Below are positions 26,201-38,166 of a DNA stretch of 64,000 nucleotides, one piece after another. The first letter of the stretch is position 1; each line of letters starts with the position of its first letter. Under the pieces are notes generated by a model. It did no database searches and was not told where the DNA came from. It saw only the letters and a program-made list of their open reading frames with translations. The translations under genes were made by a program, and so were the position numbers. The DNA comes from Lingula anatina (taxonomy: Eukaryota; Animalia; Brachiopoda), in assembly GCA_051362555.1 (NCBI GenBank), contig CM120640.1:27986503-28050502 (forward strand). The letters run 5' to 3'.

Positions 26201-27520
26201 TTTCCATTAATAATAAAATCATCATTTAAGTCAAAAATATTCTTGCGATTTAATAACTATTTTAATTTACCCAGAACGGTATATTTTTTTTTAAAGGCGG
26301 TTAACTGAAATATAGTTTTATGATTTGTTTGTGAAAATTGCCCATGTCACCCTGTTAGTTTGGAGGTCTAAGCTGGATCAAGTCCGTGTTAAAATTCCTA
26401 TGAAGTTGTGCAGGAAAAATTCTTCCTTTCTTTCTCTAGCTCCTCGATAAACCTGGTGTTCAGATTTTATCTAGTACCCCCAGGTCTACGGGAGCTGCGC
26501 TTTGTAACTAACGCACAGGTAGATTTTTACCTGAGATAACTGGAGTAAAGCTTAGATAGAGAGTGCGTTCGATACAAGCAAGACAAATTGAATGCCATTT
26601 AACCCTCTAATTAAGAGGTAAAGGAAGTTCCAGGAAGATGATTAAGATAGGACTTGTAAAGGTAACGGGCATTGTTTACCTCAGTTTAATAAAAGTATGC
26701 AAGACGGAGTGTCAGCGGTTTAATAAAATAAATTGAATTTCACAAATAACATGGACCTCATATGCAATAATCAACATTTCCCTTAACTCATTCAAATGCA
26801 GTGTTTTATACAGCTTGGGATAACCATAATGAAATGCTTGTTAAAGAAATGACTAGACGGGAAATGGTTTTACACAGCTTCACGAGGATTTAGACCCCTC
26901 GGGTAAGAGATTTGAATGAGTATAAACTTTTATCAGAAGCCAGAGAAGTCATCTTACAGGTAGACAATGCAGCTCAGTTTGACAGCTAAGCACGCTCTGT
27001 TCTCCAGTGGCTCGATTGTCGTCATTGGACCACGTGACCACGTAGCTCATTAACTCCCAGGCCGAGCAAATAGGACGTTTTTTAAAGCCAAAAATTTACA
27101 AAATGAGCTTTTAATTTGTGTATTTGGATAAAGATATCGTTAGTTGGGCATGTTTTCTGAAGAATATGTTCCGTTCAGGCCATTCTGACGGCATGAAGCA
27201 AACCCTTTAACAGACTCAGGATGTAAACTCCATGGGGAAAATAATCAGAAATTTTGAATTCTAGAATTCAGACAATGTATCAATATTCAAGAATGTCAAA
27301 AACAAGACTATACATTAAGAATGTGACAATGACACACTGACACCGTGACAGACGAGCCAAATGCACTGTACTAGTGTCAAAAAACTCACTTCTTGTAATC
27401 GTTCATAAAGAAGCTACTACTAGCTGGATCGGTTGCAACATCTGCGTCACCGCTACCCGTGGATGACGGGGGTCGATCATTGTTATAGCCCGAATTTTGA
27501 AACCCGCCGTTTGAAGCCAT
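11226..27520 (-). CDS. AP3B1: AP-3 complex subunit beta (AP3B1/AP3B2 co-ortholog), 23 exons, about 1097 aa
   Basis: Exons 27390-27520, 24112-24187, 21911-21985, 21546-21641, 20181-20341, 19801-19867, 19076-19258, 18419-18595, 18075-18172, 17876-17930, 17531-17665, 17202-17334, 16841-16893, 15387-15554, 14668-15151, 14193-14452, 13944-14007, 13662-13715, 12773-12888, 12318-12506, 12089-12131, 11775-11957, 11226-11518. These sum to 3294 nt in frame. Motifs include [41 protein letters not shown], an acidic Ser-rich hinge, the LLDLD clathrin box and C-terminal [12 protein letters not shown]. Confidence 0.95.
19300..19635. mobile_element. PIF/Harbinger-like MITE, family B
   Basis: Ends GGGCAAATTCAGGA...TTCTGAATGCACCC, with an internal duplication of the GCGGATCAAATATGGAGGGCAC block. 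Related to 28937-29205. Confidence 0.5.
23232..23842 (+). mobile_element. 3' fragment of a non-LTR retrotransposon (LINE) in AP3B intron 2
   Basis: ORF 23232-23591 [18 protein letters not shown]...[23 protein letters not shown]...R matches the C-terminal Cys/His region of LINE ORF2 proteins. AATAAA is followed by a (TTA)n tail at about 23813-23842. Confidence 0.8.
24441..24676. mobile_element. Fully palindromic (foldback) MITE
   Basis: GGGACCGTTCACATGGAAAG...CTTTCCATGTGAACGGTCCC. Arms of about 110 bp pair almost perfectly around a short loop, flanked by TAA/TTA. Confidence 0.85.
24750..27206 (+). mobile_element. Kolobok-like DNA transposon relic (TTAA TSD, THAP-like ORF start)
   Basis: TTAA|AGGACAATGTTCATG ... 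CATGAAGCAAACCCT|TTAA. Subterminal inverted motifs GGTCACGTGGTACTGTGACGACAATC / GATTGTCGTCATTGGACCACGTGACC and AACTGAGCTGCA / TGCAGCTCAGTT. The ORF at 25052 begins MPRCVAVG. Confidence 0.65.
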
Positions 27521-27922
27521 TGTCACTTTTAACACAGCTCCCACTCTTACTGCCACGAAGGCTCGCCGGTGAAATATGGCTTCCGCGAGTTGTTCAGATC
27601 ATGTGATGCGAAATTAGGTCAAGTTTCAAGTCGCTGTGTTCTGATATTTCGAGAAGAAAAGTACATATGACAACATCCGCAAAATGTGAGTTGTGTGCAA
27701 AAAAACCAACTACTGCTTGGTCGAGTCAATCTACTGCTTGTTCATCGTAAATCTAATCAATTTTTGTAGTTGACGTCACCCCGGAAGTGTACACCGCATG
27801 CGCGAGCACATGAGGAAAAGTGTCAGCCATCATTTTATAGATCTTTCATCTCTGTGTAGTTTGTCTTTATCCATGAAAGACAACAGTTAAACATAAATTA
27901 GTCAATATCAAATAATAATAGT
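27521..27922. promoter_or_regulatory. Bidirectional promoter AP3B / SCAMP
   Basis: Divergent ATGs about 400 bp apart and locally CpG-rich. TGACGTCA (CRE), CCGGAAGTG (ETS/GABP) and CGCATGCGC (NRF1) cluster at about 27771-27803. Confidence 0.7.
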
Positions 27923-30900
27923 ATGGCAGATTATGGAGACGCTAACCCTTTTGCAGATCCTGAGGCGGCAAACCCCTTCGAGGTTAGTACACACTTCAAC
28001 CGGTTTAAATGAGAATGTCTTCATTTACAATTACAGCGATTTGATATTGTCAATAATGCTTGTTTTACGTCACAAATTTGTGACATATAACAGGTTTCTT
28101 TGTGTTGTTTGTACTGTTGTTCGAAAGAAATTTCTTTAAGACGCGTCCGTCAGATGTGTTTACAAATGTCAGTCACAGTCTCTGAAGTGAAAGAATAGCC
28201 ATTGTTATTTTGCCAGTTTTCAGTTGATCTGGACATATGCCTGAAGACTCTATAATAACCATTTAATACAGAAGTAATAGAACAAGGGTCATTTGACTCT
28301 ATTTGTACTGTCATGCTTTTAGTGTTATATAAGGGAAAGGTTCTACCAGTACACATTCATTTCATTACATGCTTTATGTGTCTATACTTTATTATGTTAT
28401 TTCCAGAGAAAGGATGAGTCACCCTTACTTATACATGAGCACATGACTGTTATGTGATATTTGCTTTTACGTTGTTTATATTTTCTTTTATAATACATAT
28501 GTGGCCATAAGAAATTTTGTTATTTCAATGATAACCCATCATATCTGAAAACAAAATAAGTTCACAAGAATTTTTTGGGTCAGATCTTGATGTGTTCTGC
28601 TAAGATATGTTGCCAAAATAGATGTTTATATTACTGATAACTTCCAATTAAAATATTTTTGTTGGGAATTATTTTATAAAGGATACCAACATACTAGTAG
28701 TAATTGTAAGCTAAAAACACAAATTTAAGGATATGATTATGTGGGACCAGTTATTTGGACGACTGCATCCTCGTGTCACCCTACTACAGTCATTTCCAAA
28801 TTCATTTATGTTATTTAAATTATGTGATTCATTTCACATTATTTAGCTATGGGTTGAAATAAAATTTTGCTCAAGACTCAAAATTTGGTACTTTTCATTC
28901 ATGTTTTTTACCATATGTGTACCTATTTTTTTCTTAGATCGCATTCAGAACAGATGATCCGTGATCTATCTGATCTGCTGACAAAATATTGCCCACCCCC
29001 ACTTAAAAACAATGCCTCTCATTCCCTGATGGTCTCTCCGCCTCCACAGGCACTGCTGCTGCAGACGCCTAGCAAGTAAACCTAATTAAACCCAATTAAA
29101 TCAGTAAGCCAGATATTTAAAGGCGTGTGTGGAGGTGGGAATACCATCAGGTAATAAGCAGCATCGCGGCAGTAAGTCCACGGATCATCTATTCTAAATG
29201 TGCTCTTAATGAATTTTCTAATATTTGAATCTTATCCTGCCATATATAGGGTACTAGATTCAGATCTGAGTGTACTATACAATCTGTTGTGTTATTGTTT
29301 CATACCAGGCTCCAAAACCAACCTGTTTTATTGCAGTTATGTTTCTCATGCAAAATTATATTTAAAGCAATGATTATGGTATACCTACATATTAGCCAAG
29401 TATCTGTTTCCTTTTATACATATTTTTTTTTAATTTTGTAAAATCAGTGCAGATCTTTTTACATTTACAACACGTTTAAAAAAAATGGTAGGTTCGGAAG
29501 AAAATATTAGTCCATGATCAAAGGCATTTTTTGTGTTTTGGATGGCAACAAAAGTGAGATTTCATAGTCCGTTAGTTATTAGTCAGTGACTGTGAAAATA
29601 TAGTTTCATTACCAGAAATATAAGTCTAGACCATCCCTTTATGTTGCATATATATTTGGAACTACATATTCCCAAATGGGAGCCCTAATCAACTTGGTAT
29701 GATATATGACTTTCAAACATCCATCTGCTGTGGAAAAAAAAAAAAAACACTGTCCTTATTTCTATCTCAGTGGGTTTTTATTTTCTGCACCAGCTAGGTT
29801 TCTTGTAAATAAGTACCACACAAATGTTTGAATTTAAATTGTTTTTGTAGTATAGGCAGTCACGACTGCCTGTATGTCAAGGGGAGCTATTTCAATAAGT
29901 TTGCTCATTAGTAACATGCGGTAAATAATGAGCTTCCTGGAAATAGGAATCTCCGTCCTAGTTTAATAGGTGGTTGAATTTCAGCATGTGTTTGACCTTG
30001 ATGCATTAATCATTGTGCTAATGTGGAGCAGTGCAGTCAGTAGAGCAAGCAATAGTAGAAATAGAGAGATATATATGCCTTTTTTTTTCCAAAATACAAA
30101 TACAAAACCTGTATGTTTTTTTTTCTTTATATTTGTAACTTATGAAGTTTATTTATTCATTCATTTAAACCCATTGAATTTGATCTATTTGGCCAACTGA
30201 TCATGTTTTAATTGACAATGTGTCTAATGTAGATAGTTCTTTAACTGCAATGATTTAGGAGAATGCATTTTAAAAAGACCTGGGGATGGAGGCTGTACTT
30301 CATCCAATGGTTTCAAGTTAAAATGTTAGATATAAATATGTAACGTCAAATAACATCCAGATAGATATGAATGGGTGGGATGTATATATAGACCATAATA
30401 TCAGTCTGTCCTAACAGCATTATATCCAATAAAATCAAATTTTAAAAATCAGATGCACCATGGAACCAGTTTTACTCATATCCCTGAAAGACATCAAAAC
30501 AGTTCCATCACATTGTATAGCCTCCATGTTTTCTTGATGGCATATGTGCAACATTCCATGTGAAGTATAGTCCACATTTAAAGAATAACAAAACGTGGCA
30601 GATGCATCTAGGAAGCTTCTGTCAGATATGCTTTTTAGAAAAGGGAAAGGTGTGTAGGAATAATATTTCAAATTTTTTATTTTCAATCCAGGACCCTTCA
30701 GTAAAACAAGCCAGAGGACAGAGGCAAGCAGGAATGGATGATTACAATCCATTTGCTGATGGTGGAACTAAACCAGTAAGTTTACTCATTTATAATGTGA
30801 CATTGCAGTGATGCTTAATGCGGTCCTGTCACCATTTTTCATGTCAGCATTTAAAATGCTGTGCTTCAAACACATTGTCATCCCAAAAACCTGCATTTGA

Positions 30901-33900
30901 AGACGGGTTCAGACAAATCTTTACCCAAATCTAGCTCTGAATTTGTCACTAGACACTCAAATTTGTTTACCCAAAATTTTAATGTCCAAGGCCCTGTGGG
31001 GTCCCTATCATCCCATCTTACGCTCCAAGAGACTGGGCAGCCTTCTTATTGCCTAGTGAAGCAAGTTCATTGTTGGTATAAAACTTGTCGTTTTGTGGGT
31101 TGACCACACTTAACCATAGACCCTCAAGTAAAGAATTGGCTCACCTTACACAAGTTGTTGGGTCACATGGTAGTGATTTGTTGTCTCAGGGGAGGGTTGT
31201 AGCTTTAGGTAGGAAAAGTTCATGTCATTTTCATCAGATGGCCATAGGTGTCTGGTGACACAAGGTAGTTTTTCTTTGTCAGGGACAAGACATTGTTTTG
31301 TAAAATATTGTCATTTTTTAAGAAAGCTCTATGGAATATAGTTATACTATAATGCTGGTTCTCAGATACTAAGAACACTAATTATTGTATATATATCTTG
31401 TTGTATTGTCATTTGTAGTTGCATTGAACATATCCAATTTGTCAATTTATGTCCAATATAATAATCTGAAACAAAAAAAAAACAAAAAAAAAAAACAAAA
31501 ACAAGCGTACATTTGTAGGTAGAAATATATCTTGAGTAGAAGACCTGAATGATTTTAACTGAAGTATTAAAATTATTTCATAGGCTGGTGCTCAGCAGCC
31601 TCAAGTTCCAGCCCCCCAGAGGCCGCAACCAGCCACCACCCAGCCTGCCGTGATGCAGCCGTCAGAGCCACCAGCATACACCCCAACTCCAGCACAGAGT
31701 GTTAGCACTGATGACTTACAGAAGAGACAAGAGGTAGGCAGACAGCTAATTGTACAGGATTCAAATAGATGGAGATGCCCTGTGAAAAATGATAAATGAG
31801 CTGTCTGGTGCCTTGTAGAAATGTTTATTTCCCTGTCAATAAATATATAGTTCTTTTGTCTGATTTTTTAAGTTCTTAACAAATGAAAGGTAGAATGATA
31901 GAACATTGGTTTACTTCAAGTTGGGTGCTGTTTTAATGTTCAAAACTGTGTTGAAGGCAACACTTTTTAGAAAAAGTTTCTTACTTTTCTTTGTACATTT
32001 AGGAATTGGAAAGGAAAGCAGCAGAACTGGCCAGGAAGGAACAGGAAATGCGCTCAATGCAGTATGATGGTAAGTGTTTGGATTTGACTCTGCTTTCTAC
32101 ATATTTACAGAATGTGATTAAGCTTAGAGGAAAGAGAGAAGAATGAGCCAAAATTACTTTTTGAAGTCTCTTGATATCTGAATTTATTAAATAAACTTTA
32201 TGCAGAATTCTCTGAGGTCTGATATCTTGATATATATTTTCTTTTTCTTTCAGCACGGGCAAACAACTGGCCTCCACTACCAAAATGGTGTTGTGTAGGT
32301 CCCTGTTTTTACCAAGACTTTAATGTGGACATACCATTAGAATTCCAGAGAATTGTGAAGCTACTTTATTATCTATGGATGTGTGAGTATTTACCTTTTG
32401 TTATTGCAAGAAATTGAAATTTGGGGAGAGTAAAGATTTTATTTTCCATGGAACCCATCACCCAACCCCCAGTAATGATTGGAGCTTGATAGAACTGCCT
32501 TGTTGTAATGACTGTTTTAACTTTTATTGATTTTATTTTTTACCTTTATGGGTGAGACTTTAATAAAAATAAACTGAAACTGAAACTTGATATGGTTCTG
32601 TGGTGGGCCTAACAGTGCCTTTTGTCCCTTTTTGTGGAGTGCAGTATATCGTTCTTAATATTTTTCAGACATTTTTAATGTTTTGCCAACTGGATAAGAA
32701 TATGAGAACATTTGGATCTTGTTTGAAAGACCCCAAGTTTTTTTTTATTTTTCAAAAGATGCATTTATAAATACTGGTTCTTACTTGAAATAATAAACAG
32801 AAATCATATGCATTTTTTCAGTCCATGCATGTGTGCTTGTCCTCAATGTGCTGGGTAGTCTTGCTTATTTCATCTCTAAGTCCAAGGATCCAAGCGCTAA
32901 CAGCAGTGGAGCAGGAGTGACTTTTGGACTGTCCATATTGTTCTTTATTCTATTTACTCCTTGCTCATTTATCTGCTGGTACAGACCCGTCTATAAAGCA
33001 TTCAGGTTAGTTGAGCAAAATTCAAACATTAAATAAAATTAAAAGATAAGGAAAAATTAATTTAGTACATTAGATATATGTCCTAACAGAATCTCTTCTT
33101 TTTGTCTGAATTGCTACTAATATAATAATTATAAGTTTAACCCAAAAGTTAAAAAAAATATTGACTTGTGTGTTTATTGAAAAAGTCTAGTTTTATTTTT
33201 TTTTATATTTCAGGAGTGACAGTTCCTTCAACTTCTTTGTCTTCTTTTTTGTGTTTTTTATTCAATTTGTTGCCCACATAATTGAATGTCTCGGAATTGA
33301 CAGTGCTGGATCTGTGTAAGTACTTTTGACTGTCATTTTTATCAGATATGAAAACTTTGAACGTGACTATATGGATGCAAAGATACAACACATGCTCTCT
33401 GATGCAATAATTGTACATACATATTAGAATTTTAAAATAGTTTTACAATTTTAATAGGGATAAAAGTGGTTTCTGATTCTTATCATTTTTGCATAACATT
33501 AAAATAGTGTGATTTATAGAAAGAAGTTATTCTTTTTATTTTATTTATTTATTTATTTATTTTATTTATTTTTTGATAGACTAGAAATGATTCATGTATA
33601 AATATACTGTCTACTGATAATTTTTTTTCTTGGCAATGACATCTCCATGTAACAGTGGAATTATCTCTGCCTTGAGCATTGTTTCATTGGATCCAGCCAC
33701 AGGAGCAATAATGTTTGTTGTTGGCATACTATTTGCATTGATGGGCCTATTTGATATTATCTTACTTATTAAGGTAATGTTAGTAGTACAGTTGACTTGC
33801 CAGGGTATGCATCTGCATGATGGTGATTTTTAGTGTTGGAAGACATTCAGGGATACAAGTGCTATGTCATTTAGCTTTTCATTGACTAAAATGAGGTGGA

Positions 33901-35257
33901 TGGTGCATAGTTATTTCCTGAACTTAGTTTAAAGCCCTTGGAACTAATAACATTGTTACTTAACCCTTGATGAATATATTTATTTGTCTTAAATGTTATT
34001 TGTGGCAGAAAGTGGCGCACTTATATCAGCATGTCAATTTCTTCATTTTGTCTTTCAACACTAAATACCATACGTAAGATATAAAAGCTTAAACTGTGGA
34101 AATAAAACAATGTAGATATAATGTAATGAATTGAAATCATTGATAAAGGGTTCATTAAAAGACTTAAAATCTGTAAGAAGAGAGCACCTGATCTTGTTCA
34201 CATACACAAAATCCACCTCATTATGTAGAGCAAGCTCACTTCTGCAAAAAAAATTAGATAAATAAAAATTGAACTGAGGTGAGTGTTTAATATCAGGTAC
34301 TTTAACCCTCTTTCTCAACCGATGTAATGATGTTAACTGCTTTTGCTCCTAATGGACCCACATATCAGTTATTTTCATTTACTACTTTACATCTATTTGG
34401 ATTTTTTTTCATAGTTACAGCTTCTTATGTCTTATATGCCTACTACTGTACCATTTGGCCCTTAGGATAATTTCATATTTTGTATTGCTTCTTTATATCC
34501 CATTAGTGGGTGGATAAACATACACAAACATGTTTTATTATTTAATGCTTGTATTGCTTCTTTATATCCCATTAGTGGGTGGATCTCGGGGTTGGATCGT
34601 GTTGGCCCAGACCCAGCTGCAGGTGCAATCTGTTTGGTGATTGGGTTTTTCTTCACTATATTGGCTGTATTGGATATGATATTACTAATAAAGGTAAATG
34701 TATATATCAGTAAATACATTGAAATGGAAATATTTAGTCTTGTTTTCTTGGATAAAGGAGGTTATGTGTTATTTATTGTCATGTATGTTTATTAAATTCA
34801 CAGTACCTTAGTTTTCACTTTTATATTTCTGAAGTGGACAAGATTGATATTGAGTGCTTTAAACAAATTAAATGTAGTTTTCACTTTTATATTTTTGAAG
34901 TGGACAAAATGATTAAACAAATTTAATGTTTTTAGATGTAAAGCAGGAACTTAATATCTAACAGTGCACAGCCTTTTCATATATGTTTAAGCTTTGAAAA
35001 AGAGGATCGACCCAGCAGGCATGGAGTGGTCATTCAGATTGATTCAGATGCATGTTGTTTGCTGCAATGAACTGTGTACTTTTTTTCCTATTTAGGTCCA
35101 TCGTATCTACCGTTCCACGGGGGCTAGTCTTGCCAAGGCCCGGCAGGAGTTTGCCACTGGGGTAATGAAGAATGAGACAGTCCAAGGTGTGGCTGCTAAC
35201 GCTGGGGCTGCTGCTGCCAGAGGAGCATTTGCAGCAGGAACAGAAAACAGATACTAA
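27923..35257 (+). CDS. SCAMP1: Secretory carrier-associated membrane protein (SCAMP), 351 aa, with alternative exons 8a/8b
   Basis: Exons 27923-27982, 30692-30775, 31584-31733, 32003-32069, 32254-32382, 32822-33005, 33214-33315, [33656-33773 or 34576-34693], 35096-35257. Motifs are three NPF repeats, [47 protein letters not shown] (E peptide) and [19 protein letters not shown]. Confidence 0.93.
28937..29205. mobile_element. PIF/Harbinger-like MITE, family B
   Basis: TTA|GATCGCATTCAGAACAGATGATCCGTG ... CACGGATCATCTATTCTAAATGTGCTC|TTA, an inverted-repeat element with a 3-bp TTA TSD. Confidence 0.65.
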
Positions 35258-37692
35258 AATAGACTGGACACGAGTGTAAAAAAAAAAACATCAGCTCAAG
35301 AAGAGAGAACCACTATGATCCTAGGAATTTGAGGAGAACAAAAAATAATAAATTAAAGGGAAAAAGTGGCAAAACAAAGAGTCTTAGTTGTTAGAAAGTT
35401 GTTAAAAAGCCCTGGTGACCTGGATGTGCTTCTGGCAGGGCACAGTGTATATCATTGTACATAGCTAAACTTGTAGGGGCTGATGTGTCGTATGTTAGGG
35501 AAAACAAGGGCCATAGTGGATATGTTGTTGGATGCTGCTATTGTACACGTGTCTGCTTTGAAAGGGGGGGGGATGATTAGAACTACAGATTTATTAACAT
35601 AAAAGACAATAAGAACCCTCTGTATTTTATCTTGCAATGTCTATTGAGGACTTGTTATGCAAAACAAGTACCTAAAATCACAATCAGCTAGTTAATACAT
35701 TTTGTAGTTCAATTTGGGTTTATAGGCACGTTTTGAAAAAATAGTATGTATAGTATCTGTATCAGTTAATGTCACATGGTTTGTGGGGCATCCATGTCAT
35801 TTTGTGACTACTTGATGTTAATAGGGTACACAGTATTGTTCAAAGTTTTCTGATTCATTTTTTTCAAACTGAAGAAAGGTTATAGTTTAAAAGGAATTTG
35901 AATACTTTCAAGTTGAATTTATTTTGAACTGTTGAATACATTTATATCATATATTGGTAGTTTCCAGAGATAAGAAAAATGAGCTTAGTTAATACTTTGT
36001 TAAGGGAGTTCTAAGCATGTGTTTGTTATTTCAGATATTTCAGAGAGAGTGTAGGATCTGAGTTGGCTAATATAATATATATCAATATGTGCAGAAACAG
36101 CTATACACCATATAGGTACTTTGAATGAAGGTCATAGTTTCAAAAACCAGTAAGCAAGAATTAGGATAATGTGACCCAGGTTAGATTTTTTCTGAGAGGT
36201 GAAGGTACATAGACATTTTTCCTCTGATCCCAATCTAGTTGCCATTGGTATGCTCATCATTTAATAACATCAATTGTGAATGTTTTGAATTTACCTTGTA
36301 TTAAATAACTGGGGACATATATATAAAATGCCAATGTTCTTGTTCAATCTGCTGTAGCCAGTGCATGGCTCTTGGTAGAATATATATGAAGATTTGTCAC
36401 CAGTTTTATTTGTTAATATTGTTTTCAAATGATAATGTTGTTTTTTTGGTATTCCAGTGCTTTAGAAAAAAAACATCCAACACGTCCCCACAATTAGCAG
36501 CATATTTGCTAGAATCTGAGAAGATTGACTCTGGTACTTGATAAAACTATATAACAGCATATCACCACTCTGTAAATATTTGAACCAACAGTAGAACATA
36601 AACATCAGTTCATTGGCCCTTGGTTTGATCTTTTATTAACACCGATGCTTCTTTTATCATTCCAGAAAAGTTATAACCTGTACGCATTCAGCATCAGAAT
36701 TATGAATTTGATGCTTTTTTTGCTTTGAAAGTGTTAGTTCTGGAATCTCTTCCAAAAGTAATTGTAAATGAGGTTTGTCAGCCTAGACATCCTCAGGGTT
36801 TCTTCCATTGACACTGTCAGTAGATTGAGGCATGTCAAAATTTGGATGGGTATTACAGACTTAATTTGAAGCCTTTCTGAAATAACTTCATAGCACAAAA
36901 GAGTGGGGTACTACTGTAATAGCTAGAATAATATTAATTTGTATATGGCTTCACGTCACACTAGATGATTTCCCTTTCCTATGCAGTTCTAGTTTCAGTG
37001 TTGGATTATCTAATATGAACACTCCTAATAGAAAAAAATATAAACAAAATATAGTATTCTGTAAATGAATGCCATTAAGATTACAAGTGCAAATATTAAG
37101 GTTCCATGTGAGTAAATGTTATTAGGCTATTAACTTTGTTGTATATGCTGCACATTATCTTTATTGTTATTATTTATGTTATTTCCATTTTGATGTAAAA
37201 AAAGTTTGGATTTCAGACATAATGAGAAACCAATGAAAGAATAAATGTGCATATGGAAATATGCTGGATTGCAACTTTTTCACACCCAAAAATGTATATT
37301 TCACTTACTGTCAGATTATTACACCATATGGCATTCTCCGTCCAGTCTATATCACCATAGGGTGTTTACGTAATTTATAGCATTAATTTTTTTTTCGCAT
37401 TCATTATTGTGTATATTTTGTTCAAGTGTGGAATTAAACAGTCTTGTCTTATCATCTCCACAAAATGTCTGAGCAGAGCAAATAACTTGGCTTGGTGAAA
37501 TAGAAAGACGAAATTTAACCATAAGATGATGTTGGAGATGATTTGCTTGGGGAACAATAAGACGACATAAGACAATGTAATTCCACCAACCTGACCCTTT
37601 CAGTAATTACTCGGTGGCTTGTCAGTATAAACTAGGAGGCCTGAAAAGTTTATTCTACTCGTTGCTTCGCGCATTCCTTTGCTAACGTATAA

Positions 37693-38166
37693 GGCTGTAT
37701 TCCCAGAGCTTTTAGATCGATCTATCCCCGCGGGGAGTCTCACTAGATTACTGTCAGATAATCCGGCTTAAATGTCCGTCCCGCCTACTACAAGCCGTAA
37801 GGAGGTAATTAACTTTCGTGTCCGCCCGGCTGACAGCTATTAAGCGTGAACCCCCAGGGAGTTAGGTCGATCTAAAGTAGATCGATCTAATCTCTGGAAA
37901 TGGGGTCTAAGACTGGGTTCCCATCCCTAGATCGATCTAACAGGATCGGTCCATCTACACGAGGTTTCTCGCTAAATTGCTTTCAGCTTAAGAGGCTTAG
38001 ATGTCTGGCACGCCTGCTAAAGCTGCTAAACAATAGTAAATTAACCCCTATCAGCTTCAGTAGGCGTGACAGACACCTAAGCCGCCTAAGTTAATTGCAA
38101 TTAAGCGAAAATCCTCGTGGGATAGTTTGACCCAAAGTTAGTACGATAGGGTATGGGAATGGTCTG
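37693..38166. mobile_element. PIF/Harbinger-like MITE family A copy 2 (37693-37907, TAA TSD) abutting a related MITE (about 37911-38166)
   Basis: Same body as 1628-1843 in opposite TIR order, with TAA on both sides. The adjacent element has TTCCCATCCCTA...TAGGGTATGGGAA ends. Confidence 0.7.
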
